The position numbers were made by a program, and so were the translations under genes. A stretch of DNA of 64,000 bases from the human T2T-CHM13v2.0 reference genome, Homo sapiens. Below the pieces are notes generated by a model. The model was not told the DNA's origin, searched no databases, and saw only the letters and a program-made list of their open reading frames with translations. Numbering within the stretch: the stretch's first letter is position 1; every line of letters starts with the position of its first letter. Location of the stretch: the NCBI RefSeq assembly GCF_009914755.1, contig NC_060935.1; one strand, written 5' to 3'. Shown piece by piece: positions 40,972-58,020 of the stretch.

Positions 40972-42725
40972 TTAGAAAGGGACTATCCTAAGACATTTAA
41001 AGATCTGGGACAATGACTGGAGGCCATTGAGGGTACAGGAACACCAGAGAGTAATTACAGCAGTGGAATGAAAGCTAGGGTTCCTCACTGTTCCTGCCAA
41101 GAGAAAGTATTGTCACTGGTAAAATTCTCACTCACTCTCCCCTCTTGCTCTAAAAAAAGCAGACTTACCCCATTTTCTCCTTTTTGCCCCCAATCTATCT
41201 GATTAAGCTAGGAAATCCATGATATTTAATATGAAAGATCAGAAACTATAGATTATATTAACATTCTATAATCACCTCTAAGCTCAGTGACTAACAGTAT
41301 CTAAGACATAGTAGGTGCTTAATAAAAGTTACTTGAGGAAGTTTCTGATCCTTACCCTCACAAAATTTTCTATTGTACAAAGATATGTCACTGAAGTTTA
41401 GAAGTTAGCAGTCAATCTCTTGGCCATAGAGAGAATACTACAGAGAGAATTAAAACTGCCTCAGGTGAGAAAAGATTGAATGTGATTTTTTTTTTTCCTG
41501 AGAAAGGATCAAGTAAAATTCCCAAGTTCATCTGTAAAGGCAACAGTGTTGCTTGGGGGGCTCTATCACCCCTTTGTCATTTGTCATTTTTCAAAGAGAA
41601 AAAAACACATTCAAGGTTGAAAAGGTTATGCATAAGGATATGCTGTTTAATGAATATGATGTCGCTGAACACTTATGGTATGCACTAATGGTGCTGAACA
41701 GTCTTTTTATGGGCAAATTGCACAGCTCTCCTAAGTAAACGGTACAGAATCCTTTTGTGAATCTAAATTAGAGCATTTTACCGCAGCATAAGATAAGAAT
41801 TTCAACCCACTGTATCTGAACCACACAGATTTCATTATGAAGAAATGATCTGTGATTTGAAAGCTTTTCAGAAAAATGCCACCAGCTGTCAAAGGGGACA
41901 AAGATTGCCAATTTTTGTGTGTGCAGAAGGAGAGACTTCCAACCTCCTTATGAAACCCCCTCATTCCTACTAAGAAAGCACCATTACAATCCCAGAAAAT
42001 ATTTTAATTATGAGTGGCCTTATTTTTAAAGTAGCCCAAAGGAGAAAGAGAAACTTCAGAGGATGCAGGCTAGCACTTGTTAGTATATGATTTCTGAAAG
42101 GTAGGACTGACATCAACAGAGAAGCTACCACATTTAGGACTATCGTGGGATTCTTAATGTCAACTCAGGTCCAAAAAAAAAAAAAAAAAAGAAAAGCTGT
42201 CAGTATCTCTTATATCCTCAGATTTACTGAGCTCAATGATGGCCTAAAATCAAAATTAAAGGAAAAATAAAGTTGTTAGAAAGTGTATTCCACTGATAAG
42301 GAAACAAATACTGTATCAAGGCTAGTCGCCAGCTACTCCTTCTAGATCCTGGAATTTATTAAAAGAAAATGGGTTTTTACTTCAGCAATGGGAATTTCAT
42401 CTTGGTAAAAGGAAGAATTTATTGATCCAGAACTTCCAAAATACAAAAGCAGGTTCCCAAAAAGAATCATAAGATCCATAATATCTCTTGAAAAGGACAA
42501 AAAGTTCAACTAATGTATTTGTTAATATATACAGGAATGAGAAAATACAACACAAGAATGATATTTTTTAAATTTACATATTGAATAAATTTTTAATTCA
42601 ATAAACATTTTCTGAATTGCCACTATGTATCAGGTACTATAACAAGAACTAAGGACAGCATGGCAAGTAGAAGCAGACACAGTCCCTATTCTTAGGCATT
42701 TTGTAGTTCAAAATTTGAAGAGATA

Positions 42726-43117
<392 letters not shown>

Positions 43118-44249
43118 TTAACCAAATTTGGGTGCCCAAGTTCAGGGAAAGTAATCTGAAAAAGCAACAAATTAACAGAAGGATAAATAGGAGTTAACTA
43201 GACGAAGAGTTGGAGCATGGTTTGAAGGAGCTTTCCAGAAAACGTGAAATTGCAATGACAAGGAAACTACAACTGAAGAAAGGGTTGCAAGAGGGTGGTT
43301 GGTGGTCAAGGAGCTTTTCCAAAAAAGAAAACGCTATAGGCAAAGGTCATGTGTGTGTGTGTGTGTGTACACATATGTTGGGGATGGGGGGCAGTTTGGT
43401 GTGTTCCAGAAATTGAAAGAAGTTAGTGAAACTTGAGCAAGGAAAATAAACAGGAATAGAGCATTAGATTAGGCTAGAGAGCTAGTAAGAGGGCATACCA
43501 TTCAGCCCCTTATAGACCATGTGTGATGATCTACCTATTTATTCTAAGAATGATTCCTAATCACTAAAGTATTTTACGAAATGAGTGATATGGTCATTTT
43601 GGTTGCAGTGTGGTGAATAGATTGGAAGACATGAGATAAATGGGATGTATACGTATTTTATTATTATATTTTGTGCAATATTCTAACATACGTGTAATTG
43701 TATCATAATACCTGTCTATATGACATAAGTTAAGAGAAGGTTTATTGGATATAGTGATAGTTACTGTACTATAATTTTTTGTTAATAAAGAAGAGCTTAC
43801 ACAGGAAATTTTGGGCAAGGACCAATACCAGAGTTGGATCTAGTATTTAGATTCCCCAATAAATACTGGAAATTTTTCTCTTCTTCCATCTTAAACAATC
43901 TTTCAATCATCTTCAACTTACTCCCCTTTCTCCTCTGCATAGGCACAGAGAGGCTAAAGATAATACCTAAGTGACTTCTTAGCCTCTTCTGTTCACAGTG
44001 AAGCCAAAAGATTTATAAATGCATTGGTGCTTCCAGGGTTAATAGATATATATAAGTATAACTGAATTTATGGAATAACACCATTTAGCTGAATCCAATT
44101 GTAAACAGTCAGTGGCATCTAAATTTTTTCTTTGGACTTAAAAGATACACGTTTAAGAAGAAAATGCAGAAAGCAGTATTTTTAAAATGAGAATTTAAAC
44201 ACTCATATAAGGCTGTCACTATTTTTTCCTTAAACTTGAGGAGTACATA

Positions 44250-44527
44250 CAGTCAACCCCCGCTATCTATAGGTTGCACATCCACTTATTCAACCAAGCA
44301 CAGACTCAGCCAATCTCGAACTGAAAATATTTTTAAAATAATAACAACACAATAAAAAATAACACAAATAAAACAACACAATATAACAACTATTCACACA
44401 GCATTTACATTGTATTAGGTGTTATAAGTAATCCACAGATGATATGAAGTATGTGAAAGAATGTGCATGGGTTATATGCAAATACCAGGCCATTTTACAT
44501 AAGGAACTTGAGCATCCTCAGATTTTT
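44250..44527. mobile_element. MER2-like TcMar-Tigger element
   Basis: ta|cagtc...tcaaccaa...tataacaactatt..catagcatt-like tract, ttacattgtattagg, gggttatatgcaaatac, acttgagcatcc. Confidence 0.7.
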
Positions 44528-45099
44528 TAATGTATATATTTTGAATAGTGGCATTAAAAATGAAGTTGGAGTGAAGCATAGTAGTGTAACAAGTCTGAAA
44601 TTCCCCCTGTATTGGGGATCATATATATAGCCAAGTAGCCCTTGGGGCTCAAATTAGGGAAAAAACACCATACAATAGCTTATATTCAAAATGTGCAGAT
44701 TAATTTGTGTGTGTGCGTGGCAGTGGGAGGGGGATGCATTTTTCTGTTCTGTACCCACTGTATTTGTTCGGGTATAATGGTTTGAAGCCAAGCATTTAAG
44801 ACCTATAATGCAGATTTTCCTGTTTTAATTAACAGCATGTGTTCATGCCACTGTAATAAAAATAACATCAAGTCTAAATCACACTGACCATCCAACCTGT
44901 GAATACAAGTTTTTTTATCTTAAAAAAATTAAACATGAAACTTTACCATGGCAAAGGAACTACAATTGTAAGAGCTGCTGAAAGAACAGATAATGATGAG
45001 ACATAAAGGAGCAACCAAAATATAGTTAAGTTTTGTTAAGGATGGCAAAAGATCTTCGAATGCTCTTATGCATTAACTCTATATAGAAAATAGTATATT

Positions 45100-45403
<304 letters not shown>

Positions 45404-47142
45404 TCATGTCCTAAATCATGTTTGGAGGTTTGAAAAAATCAACTTGGAAAAAAAGTAAACCAACTTCTGATGATCTGCCCAGGCCAGCAGAGGTCATCAG
45501 GAGCTACCTAACATCATCTGTTTCATGTCCTTCAAGCTATCTTAAAATGATTCTCTAAAAAGCACTGCCAGAAAATAGTCTTCTGCCCAGCTCCCACATA
45601 AAAACAGAGGTAGTTTCACAAACCACAAAAAGGGAACCAGCAAAAACACTTCTGTACACAGCTTCTCTACAAGTCAGCATGCCTTTTATCCAACATCACA
45701 CAGTGTGCGCCTGACACTCTCTACTATAAACTGTATCTGTTCTCCAACTCCAAAGACAGTGCAGCAGGGTTTTTTTTTTCTTTTTTTTTCTTTTTTTTTG
45801 TTCCATGGGGTCGTCTTTATCCCCAAACCACATCTGTCTTGAGTTTCTCTCAGATTAGTCAGGTGGATCAGTGCTCCCCAGGGCCTGCTCCAGCTGAAGT
45901 ATTTTAATTTGACTAAACACCTGATTTATTTTATCTCTCCGATGAGAAAGGCAGTTTGTCTTAATAGAGCCTGTCAGCCCACAGCCCCATTCACAGCAAT
46001 TTACAGGCAGCCAGGGACGCTGGAAGAGAAGAGTGCCGTGATTCTGTATTTTATCCTCCTCCAGAAAGCACCTAAAAGCAGCTATTCACTGCTACTGCAT
46101 GTGGCATTTTAGAACTGAATTAGCTTTTTATTCAAGTAACTACACTTGTTGTGAATAGCTTATCTGTAAAATTGCTACATTCACTACTGATTTTATTAAC
46201 CTTTGGCTCTATCACAAAATGGTCTTCAGTTAGGAAAGACCTTTAAAATTGACACATTTTTTTTTCTTAGGGGCCTTTATTCCAGTGACTTCAGATTTAC
46301 TGAATTTGATCCATTGAATTCTTTACCAGTTGTACTTAAAATTTTGAGTCTCAATAGGAAGTCAATAATGCGTAAATAAGGAAACACTTTTCAAAATATA
46401 AATATGATGACAATTTCCCCCATCAAAAGTTTTCAAATACCATCTTTCATTATAACAGTTTCAAAATCAGCCCTCTAGCCTTTTTTGGTCACAATCTGAA
46501 GAACTTGAAAAAAAATAACTGAAATGTACTATTTTTTTTTTAACTTTACAAACTATTACTACCTGTCCCCAGGCCCAAAGCCACAGAGAAGATTCAAAAC
46601 AGATGAGAATTTAGGTAAAATGAGATAAATAAGACAATTCTCTTATTGATATAGCATGAAAAATTAAAATAAAAAATTAAGTTTAAAATGTATTTAAAAG
46701 CCTTTTTTTACATCAGTTCACAAAAGTTAGCACGACAGTCTGCTAATTTTGCCCTTATGAAATATATATAATCAAAATCAGTGGTGCTAGAAATAAGACT
46801 GGTCATTGGGAAGTCACTGAAGACCAGATCTGGATAAGGCAGGCAACTTGCAGGGCACTTTACTAAATGGAGATTTACCTCACCTCTTCCACAGTATTCC
46901 CATACCTAGAACTTTTACAATATAAAAATCTTAAACAGGTCATTCATTAAATAGATATTCTCTGAAAGGGAGTCACCACTATGTGATGACAACTAAGTTT
47001 TTCTAATGAGAAAATCTAGAAACAACACAGCAACGGAGAAAGAGAAAAAGAGTTAAGAGAGGAAAAGAGAGAAAATGAGTACGAGAACAGCTAAATTAAA
47101 TTTTGTGCATTTCTCCACATCCTTTCTATCTCTAATAAAATG

Positions 47143-47310
47143 GGCTAGGCATGGTGGCTCACAATTGCAATCCTAGCAATTTGGGAGGCTAAGGTGGCAG
47201 CATCTCTTGAGACCAGGAGGTTGATGCTGCAGTGAGCTATGATTGCATCGCTGCACCCCAGTCTGGGCGACAGGGTGAGATCCTGTCTTTAAAAAAAAAA
47301 TAAAAATAAA
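47143..47310 (+). mobile_element. Monomeric Alu (FRAM/FAM-like)
   Basis: A single ~150-bp monomer plus A tail. Confidence 0.8.
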
Positions 47311-49670
47311 TGAAGGGCAATGGTGTTAACATACCAAGCCAAATAAAATTAATAGTCAACTAATGGCATTCTCTAGAAACATGTCCCAGGGAATTTAAAA
47401 TGAGATTTAAACCTAGACATTCTCCTGTATTAGATCAATGCACACATTAATAAACTTAATCGGACTTAATGAAATTATAAGAAACCTGGGTAACTAACAA
47501 ATGTCTGTGTTTAGAGTAGTGGGTAGGGGTGGCACTGACACTGGAGTGGAGTTCTGATGAAGATACACTTTTTCACATAAATCCTAGAAAGATTAAAGCA
47601 CTTAACAGTAATTCCAAAGCAACATCAATCAAGGAACTCAGCCAACAATCCAGAAAGATTGTAAATTAAGTTGAAAACAAAAGCTCTTAAGAATCAATTC
47701 CCTGGTCAGTTCTAATTTTTTTAATGGATATCGTTTTAGAAGAAAGCCAAAATAACAATGCTAGTCATAAAAGAAAGCTGCATTGCTCTTTTCTACCCAC
47801 AGATAACCTGGGAAAACTGCTGCATCTTTACACTGCAGCCTCCTCACACATCTGATGGACTGTGATGTCTCCACTTCACAAGCTCAGTCCATCATTTAGC
47901 ATTGGCCGTTTTAGATAAAGCCTTCTTTTAAATGTCACAAAACATAGCAACAAAAAGTCAACAAAAAATAAACAGGGTAAGCTGAAGAGACTAACAATCT
48001 ATCAGAAGGTCCCCTGATAAAAGTTACTTTGTGGTGACTGCCTGAGAAAGGAACCCCTGTCCCAGCATACCAGCAGCTAATTTGAGTTCTGAATCCAATA
48101 GCAGTTTTAAAAGCTTTCCACACTAAACGGCCCTAGTGCATCATAAAGATAAAGGATTTCAGTACAAAACCACCACAAAGACCTCTATTATCTTATCAGT
48201 CTTTGGTTACAACAGCTGAACCAATATGACTAAATTCTGAATGACTTTTTTCAAAACAGCAGAATACTGGAATTTCTTTGTTTTCTCATCAGTCAGCTAT
48301 TGTCATTGCTCCCATATGCTACTGTCCATTCCTCAGTAAATAAAAAGTTTAATAAATGCAGCAATTGTGCTCTTAGGAATCACTTAGGGACCACTTCACA
48401 GGAAGTGTGCCTCATGAGTTGAGGTATAGGCTGTTTGTTACTGTTGTTGTTGTTTTCTTTTTCACTGAATGTATGAGAATTTCCTTCTTGATATTCACCT
48501 TTAAAATGTCATTAGAATCTACAGTGTACTAACAAGGCAAAAATACCCAGGTATTTCCTAAATTAAGATCAAACTCTCCTATACCAGGCACACTCAAGTC
48601 TCCTACTTCCCCTCTTCCTGGCTGCAAAAGGAAGTCTATTCCTGGATCAACTGAGGTCTATTCATGTCGCAAATCCTAACAGAGCAAGAACAATCCATGG
48701 AATCCTGCCATCTAGGCTCCCAACCTCACAGCTGGGCTTTTAGCCCATTGTGCTTTATAAGCCCATCCTTTTTGGATCTGGAAACGAAGGTATTCTGAAA
48801 CTTCTCTCCTTCAATATAAGACAGACTGTCTTTACATTACTGTTTTCTGTGGGTGACTGCCAGTCACTGGCTACATCTCCATAACCTACACATAAAAATA
48901 GTAATTTCTGGCCTTTCAGAAACATGAAATTCTTTTGTCCTTTAAAGGGGAAAAACAATTAAATCATTTGTGTCAATATCACCACCAAGTATTGCAGGAT
49001 TGGCTCTTTCTCTAGAAGCTCCATGAGCGTTAGGAGAGGAAGGGAAGGAGTAAGAAAAATAGACTTTATTAACAAGGCATTTTCTTAAAAATTCTTGTTA
49101 TCTTAATCCTCATCCAAAAAGTTACATTGTTATTTTCATTTCACAGATGAAAAACTAAGCTATTGAGACAGAAAGTAATTTGACCAAGTCATAGAGCATT
49201 TAATTGAATTTGAATTCACATCTTCTGATTTTTAATCCAAGCGAGTCTAGAGTCTAAGAAAGAGGTATCTTCCCTCATCTCACACTTAGAATACATAGTT
49301 AGGGAATTTCTAAAAGTTAGGAGCAATGTTCTGAGGTACCAAGAATCCTAATGCTATTTACAGCTAAGAGATATACAACTAAAAGGAATGAAGAAATGTA
49401 CAACTTCTCAGTTAAGGCTTTGTTTACAAAATAAGGCAAAAAGCTTGGCTAGCAATCAGACAACCAAAGAGGTCAATAAATTGAACTTTGACATCTTATG
49501 GATGTGAAAACAGATCTTGACATTAAGTGACATGTCTGAATTACTCTAGAAATTAGCAGCAAGCCTGGCAGACCAGATTCTCTGTATGCTTATTCCCCAA
49601 CCCTTCTCTTCCCAAATAGCATATGGCTTCCTGGTTTCAGGCCCAAATACAGTAATTATGCAGACTCCGA

Positions 49671-49708
49671 CATTCTCTGGCATTCTCCGGCATTCTCCAG
49701 CATTCCAG
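49671..49708. repeat. Short 10-bp tandem repeat (CATTCTCYRG) x ~3.5
   Basis: cattctctgg cattctccgg cattctccag cattccag. Confidence 0.8.
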
Positions 49709-50542
49709 ATACAATATTTACAACACCCATGAAAGTATGAGAAATACACTCAAATATTTGCAGGAGTCCAGTGTCCTGCTGCCCCGGGTGCAGTGTATAT
49801 GTAGGCTGAGGCTGTCAGGTTCTAGCCAAGAGAAAGGTATGTGGAGAAGTCTAGGAAGTGAGTCTAGCATGATTTGAGAAACCTCCCAGATACAACTAAG
49901 GCTTGGGACAGTTGCCCATACAAACATACCACATACTGTGCCCATTTCTAGGGTGTATTTACAATTTGCCTAGAGGAAATCAAGGGAATCTCTGCTCTAG
50001 CCCACTATGCCCCTTCATACAATAATAATAGCTTAAACTTATACTACAATTGCTTTGCACTGGGAAAAGCTTTATATATTAAGTCATCTATTCCTCACAA
50101 CAGTCCTATGAAGTAGGTCATATTGTTACCTCCACTTTAAAGACAAGGAAACTGAAGCATGCAAAGGTAACGCAGCTTGCCCAAATCCTTAGCTATTAAA
50201 TCATATATCTGAGATTCAAAATCAGAAAGTCTGGCAACAGATTCTGTCCTCTTAACCACTATGATAAATGGAGAATGGAACTCCTGAATGTCCTACCTTC
50301 TCAAAATTACTTTACCCAACAGACAATGTAGCTGAGATTTTCCTTATAATCTATTTTTAAGGATGTTTTATTTTGTTGGAATATAATATTTCCTAAATAT
50401 ACTGTTTACTAAAGTGAAAGCACTTATCTAGGGAATTATCTATGACACTCTATTTTCTTTAAAATATCCCAGCGACTAGTACAATGTCCTGTGACCTTTC
50501 AGTCCAAGTCACAAATATCCAACACAGCTTGTAGTCATCTAA

Positions 50543-51061
<519 letters not shown>

Positions 51062-51896
51062 TAGTGCCCCATTTTGGCTCCTCTACGAATTCCCCATTCC
51101 AGGTCTGTCATGAAACACATCCCTGCCCCCAAATCATTTGATCAGCAAACTAGAGAGTCCAGTTCAGTCATGTTTTTTCTGTGTTGTCTGTAGCTCTCAG
51201 GACATCCTAGTGGGTGTGGCTGTTGCAACTACTGAGACTTTAATGAAAACAGGCGCTTAAAAAAACCTTCAATTCCAATGAAACTGACCGACAAGGGAGA
51301 TTATGTTTTTATATAATCATAGATAGCTCATAGTTTCCTGAATTACAGTGCTGAGTATATATGATCAGGTAACAGGCAAGTAACACAGATCCCACCTATC
51401 ACAAACTCATATTGTGAGTCTATAGAGGGAAAATGGAACTGGAAATTTCATATTGATTCTAAAAACTGCTGTTTCTTTTATTGTTCTTTTATAGTTAAAT
51501 ATAGCTGGATAAATAGCATGTTCTTTTCATTCACAATGTTGACCTTAATAATGATTCCTGGGTAAAATAGGTGCTGCCAAATATATCTCATCAGTGTATT
51601 ATGAAAATAAAACTTCTTTCAAGATTATCTAATGTTTCCTATGTAGCATTCACAATATTCAGGGCACAGAAAATAATGGAATGTCAAAGAGAAGAAAAGA
51701 CAGTTAAAGACTGGGTCCAGAAATGACCAAGAGTCTCCTGTCACAGGATTATTTTGAACATGCTAAAGTAGAACATGAATAAAATTCTAAAAAGAAATTT
51801 CTAAGCCTCTACTTATAAAAATTAAAAGTTAATATACATTTGTTCAACCTATAAAAAATAATTTGTCACAAATAGGATGTCCTATTCTCACACTAG

Positions 51897-52316
<420 letters not shown>

Positions 52317-54675
52317 TAAAACTCACTTTCTAACGTAACTTTAAAATGCTCATGGTTTTTCAACTTTCAGATCAATAAAAATAAGGGTTTTTAAATTTTT
52401 TAGCTTGAAAGCAAAAACTGGATATGTAATCCTGAGACAAGAAGGAAAAAATACGTTAAATTATGAGCCTCATAAGGAATATAATACCACAACTGGTAGT
52501 ACTTAAAAACAACCTCAGCAGTGGTGGACATCACCTTTTGAAGAGGCAAACATCTGAAAAGGCGATGAGATTATCACAAAACTTGAATTTAAACGTAATA
52601 CTTTAAAAGATCATTGCTTGTAAAAAAATTATTATAGCATCAATGGTCCCAGAAGGATTGTAGAGGGAGCAAATACAGATCTCAAGGATGTTTTCCCTAC
52701 TACACTCTCTTTGCTCCCTACCCAAGTTCAAAGCCTTTGCTGTGAATTAGGTAAGAATCTACTCTAGTGCTACTCATAATTCTACCGAGAAAACTGGTGG
52801 AGAGGAAGAACAAATGATAAGCCACAATGTATACTTCCTACGTGTCAGCTCCTTAAGGGGAGGATCTGTGTCACATGCATCTCTGTGACAAGGCACAAAC
52901 ATGACTACATGTCTACTACTGATTTTGTGCTCAGTAAATTTGAAATGAACTAATAACCAACTCTAAATAATTAGTTCTCAGAATAGTTGGTGATAGACGG
53001 CCAAAGAAATTAACAAACCAGAAAGAATTGCTTTGAACTACAGGAGTATCTGAGCCATATCTGAGTTAATTCTAGTTTGGTAACCATTGTAACTAACTGA
53101 ACTCACCAGCCATCCCCACTGTTGCACAAGTGGTAGAAAATCAAATCTAAGAGAAGACAAGAGATAAAGAATTTGAACTAAAAAACATTCAATAAACACT
53201 TTTTTTTAGCACAAATGATCGTCCAAATACTTTCTATGTGCTAGGATTAGCATTTCGCATTTTTTCTCTACTGCAACAAACTTGGGAAAATGATGCTGAG
53301 GAAGGTTAAAAATATGTCCAAGATCACACAGCTTGTTAGCTTGTAATCAATAGAGCTATGATTCCTAAGCCAGTTGGTCTGAATACCCAACCCCAGCCTC
53401 TTTTCAGTAAACTATAAATGTTTCTGGAAAAAAGAGAAATTTTAAAAAAAGTTAACTAGTTTAAGACAATGACTTCACATAGCCTTCAAGACTTCTTCCT
53501 GCATTTTAAAACATTAAAGTACGTTGTTGGGAGATACAGTGATATTAAAAGGCACACTAATTTATATTTAGGATAATTACAATTTAATGTTATTTAAGGT
53601 CCGTGAACAGTAAAAGAAGTCTGATGGCTCAGGGAACTAGTCTCCATCAACAGACTTGAAAATTCTGTATTCAGAAAATATTACATCTAGAAATTCAATT
53701 TTTAATTGTGTGAAAAATTCAAACAGTTCTAGTAACATAAACTATAATTTAGAAGGCAGAATCAACTACAGGACCAAATAAATTATACAAACTAAGCAAT
53801 TTTACAGGAAAAATTTCACAAGAATTTATATTATTATATTAACTCTTTCTAACATCACCTTCTTCCAGTAAAATTAAATTATATGTCAATACACTGGTAT
53901 CAGAAAACAGGTTCTAATTCTTAATTGCCCAAAGAAATGACTGTCCATGGAGTCACAGATGATTGATAAATTAATTCACCTTCCATAATGCCACCAAAGC
54001 TTTTGTAGGAGAATGTTTTCAGAAGTTACACTTTAGATAAAAAAAAAGCCATTCTTTAGTTGAATCTCAAAAGTTGGAAGAATGACCCTGTGTCACTATT
54101 AGTTGGTCCAGATATCAGGTTTCTCAGTTCTTAAATCTGCCTCCTACTCAGTCTTCTCACTCTGTATTTTGTACACCCTTACTAGCCAAGAAGATTTTGG
54201 CTAGCTGACTCACTTTCTACAGTTTAAGAAATTTATAGGCATATTGAATACATTTTTACAAGCTATCAGCAACCCCATTTGAGAATCCTGTTCTACTTCT
54301 CAAAAACAGTTTTAATTAAATGGGTATTTGTAGCTAGTTTCTTTTATACTTAAGGTTTAAAACAGAGTTGAAAGTGTTTAAAGTGCTCATTGACTTTCTA
54401 AAAACAATGCATTCTTTCCATCATACTGACACATCTATAGAATATCTCTTAATCTCTTTCTAAAATGTAAATAGGATCCTGTCTAAATGTTTAAAGTGTT
54501 GTGATTCCAAAAGTACTCAATTATCATGCACTGATGAAAAAACTGTTATGTTCTTTGACAAAGAAAATCTACTTGATCACCTTTTTGGCAACAATAATAT
54601 ATAAAATCTTCTAAATTACTTGATTACATCATTTTTATATTAGTTTGTTTACTATTAGCTGGTTCTCCAAACCTA

Positions 54676-55028
<353 letters not shown>

Positions 55029-55448
55029 TTAAGGATTCCATCATGTGAAGTCATTCATAAAATACATCATCCAACCTACGACATTTTAAATGAAAGGAGG
55101 TGCTGTTAATTATTATGTCAAGAACACAGGTATAGAAACCAGGACAATACCAGGTAAGCCAGGATATATGAATACACAATCACAACTTGTTCTCATTTAA
55201 TGTCAGTTTCTGACAAGGTAATATTACATAAATAGAACCCTATAGTTGATTTTTAAATGTCATAAAAATTTCCTGGAATAAATTTATGTAGCTGGCAAGC
55301 TGAAATATGAATGGCACTATTCTTTAGAATAATTAGGCTCAATTCATCACTATTTAAAATATGTAGAAACTCATAATAAACAAATATATAAATGTATATA
55401 TTATATATTCTATATATAGATAGATATAACTCATTAAAGTAAACCTAA

Positions 55449-55824
<376 letters not shown>

Positions 55825-57899
55825 TGCAAAGTATTTTTAAGAGAGATTTTTAATTTAAAATTCATAGAAATAATAAATTTATTTTTCATGAAAAGTGACT
55901 CCCAATTAAGGATATATGAAGATCATTCCGATTTTTCCCATTTTAGAAGTGAAAAACTTATACTTTCACTACTAATTAACTAAATAACAGAAAAATGCCC
56001 ATGTAAAAAATGAGAGTATTAAAATATCTAAATTTTACAGCACTATTATGAATTTTAATTTTTATATTAAGCACATGTTCAACTCTTATACGATGAAAAT
56101 ACACACAAAGAAAACATAAACCAATGAAAAATTTTCATTTGCTTCTGAAGATTCTAAGGCCATGTTATTAATATATACATAGTGAAGACATAATGAATTT
56201 TATTGTAAAGGAAGACTAGTAGAATGTCCTGTGTAGCATAAAAATCGTAAAGCAAAAACTTTCCCACATTATTTTAAGCAGAAAACTCAACCAAATTTCT
56301 GAAATCTAGATAAGACTTCCAATTCAACAAAAGCCATGGAACAAATGGCTGCTGAATAAATTCCACGAAAAAAAGTATTTTTCCCCATTCAACAAGATAG
56401 TATTAGAAAATCTACAGCCTACAATTATTCAAGAGATTTTATAATTAAGTTTCTAGAAAATTACTAGCAATGTGGTTTAACCAATTTCTCACTAACATTA
56501 AAAAATAATTCCCCAATCATATGAGCAGGAACACAAAAGACAACCACCTATCTCTCCAGAACTGAACTACACTTGAGTTCTAAAATTTTCAAGCTTATAC
56601 CTAGTCAGTTCTAACTAGAAGTTTCCAAGAATGGCTTTTAAAAAAAGAAGGAATTGGAAGGCTATAAATGAAATATAATTACTAACCTAACACAGAAATA
56701 AATGTATTTAATATAGCTAACTACTAAAGACTACTCGTAATTTTAAAACCAATGAATCTAAACCAGATGAAGATAAAAAGGCACTGTGAAAACAAGCAAA
56801 CACCAAAATACATAGAAAATCTATGACATGACTGGGAAAAAAAAGATTCTGCCATTCGTGGATGTTTCAAGCACTGCTTTATAGGAATCTCTGAGTAAAG
56901 TTGTAACTGTTAGTAAATACTAATAAAAGCCACAGAAGAGGTAGTACAATCAGGGTTTCAAAGAAAGGAGAAAAATCTGAAATACTAAAGTGAGCATCAA
57001 TTAGGAATTCTGAGGACCACAAAAATCCAAAGGCAAGTGATTAAATCACTACAACCCAATGTAACTGAATATAGGTTTGGTGCCCTTCAGGTTTCTTTTC
57101 TTTGGAACCAAATTCAGTTAAACAATAACTGTTACCATTTTTATAAAAATTTAGCTTTCTGACATTTTTCTTTAAGCAAAGAGTGAATTAACAAACTCAT
57201 GGCAGGGAAAAAAAAGGAAGGAGAAAAAAGTAACTCAAGCATTACAGCACTCTTCTACATGGCAAGGAGATGAATGAAACAAACAAGACTCTCCCAAGAA
57301 GATTCATATTGCAAGTAAGAGTTTTTGGCCAATATATTTCTTGTAGGTAATATACTTTGAATTCAGACAAAACACTTTCAAGGTTTAATTATCAACACAA
57401 CAAACCAAAGACAAGAGTTCCCAAACATCAGACATGGTTATATCAAACATAAACGCTTAAATCCATTCATGAGCTAAATATAAACATCTGAAGTAGCTAC
57501 TGTTGGAGTTATCTGTGCAACTAAGAGCACAGGTAATCAAGAATTGCCTACATATACACTTTTGTTCCCTCCATTGGTTCAAATTAATTGAGCAATCAAG
57601 AGCAGCTTAGAACACTTAGAGTCAAGAAGAATTCTCTTTGTCAACCCAAATAATTATAAGGCAGAGATCATCAGCAATAGTGAGGTGATACTATTGTTAC
57701 TATCATTCATGTTATTATCATTATAAAGTAAAAAACCATGGTAGAAATTCTACCGGCATTGCAACTCTACCAAGATAAAAATACAAAGTAAGTAATTTTC
57801 AGTATGAAGCTTCTCATCTTAACCTATTTTCTCTGAATTAGTAAAGTGAAAAAAAATATCAAAAAATGGACTTAGCCTAAAACCTTATATCAAAAAGTT

Positions 57900-58020
57900 T
57901 ACGTGAGGCAATGCACATGTTAATTAACTAGATTTAGTCAATCCACAATGTATACATACTTCAAAACATCATATTGTACACAAGAGATACATACAATTTT
58001 ATTGTCAATTAAAAAAAAAA
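57900..58020 (+). mobile_element. L1MA-type 3' end fragment
   Basis: gtgaggcaatgcacatgttaatta...ccacaatgtatacatacttcaaaacatcat...gtcaattaaaaaaa. Confidence 0.75.

Noticed and set aside
55060-55172. Similarity to 40159-40286, suggesting a dispersed duplication
   Set aside because: Both look like independent, highly diverged copies of a MER94-like MITE.
57740-57754. Short hairpins (ggtagaa-a-ttctacc; similar at ~6663 and ~13707)
   Set aside because: Stems of 7-8 bp are expected by chance in 64 kb of AT-rich DNA.
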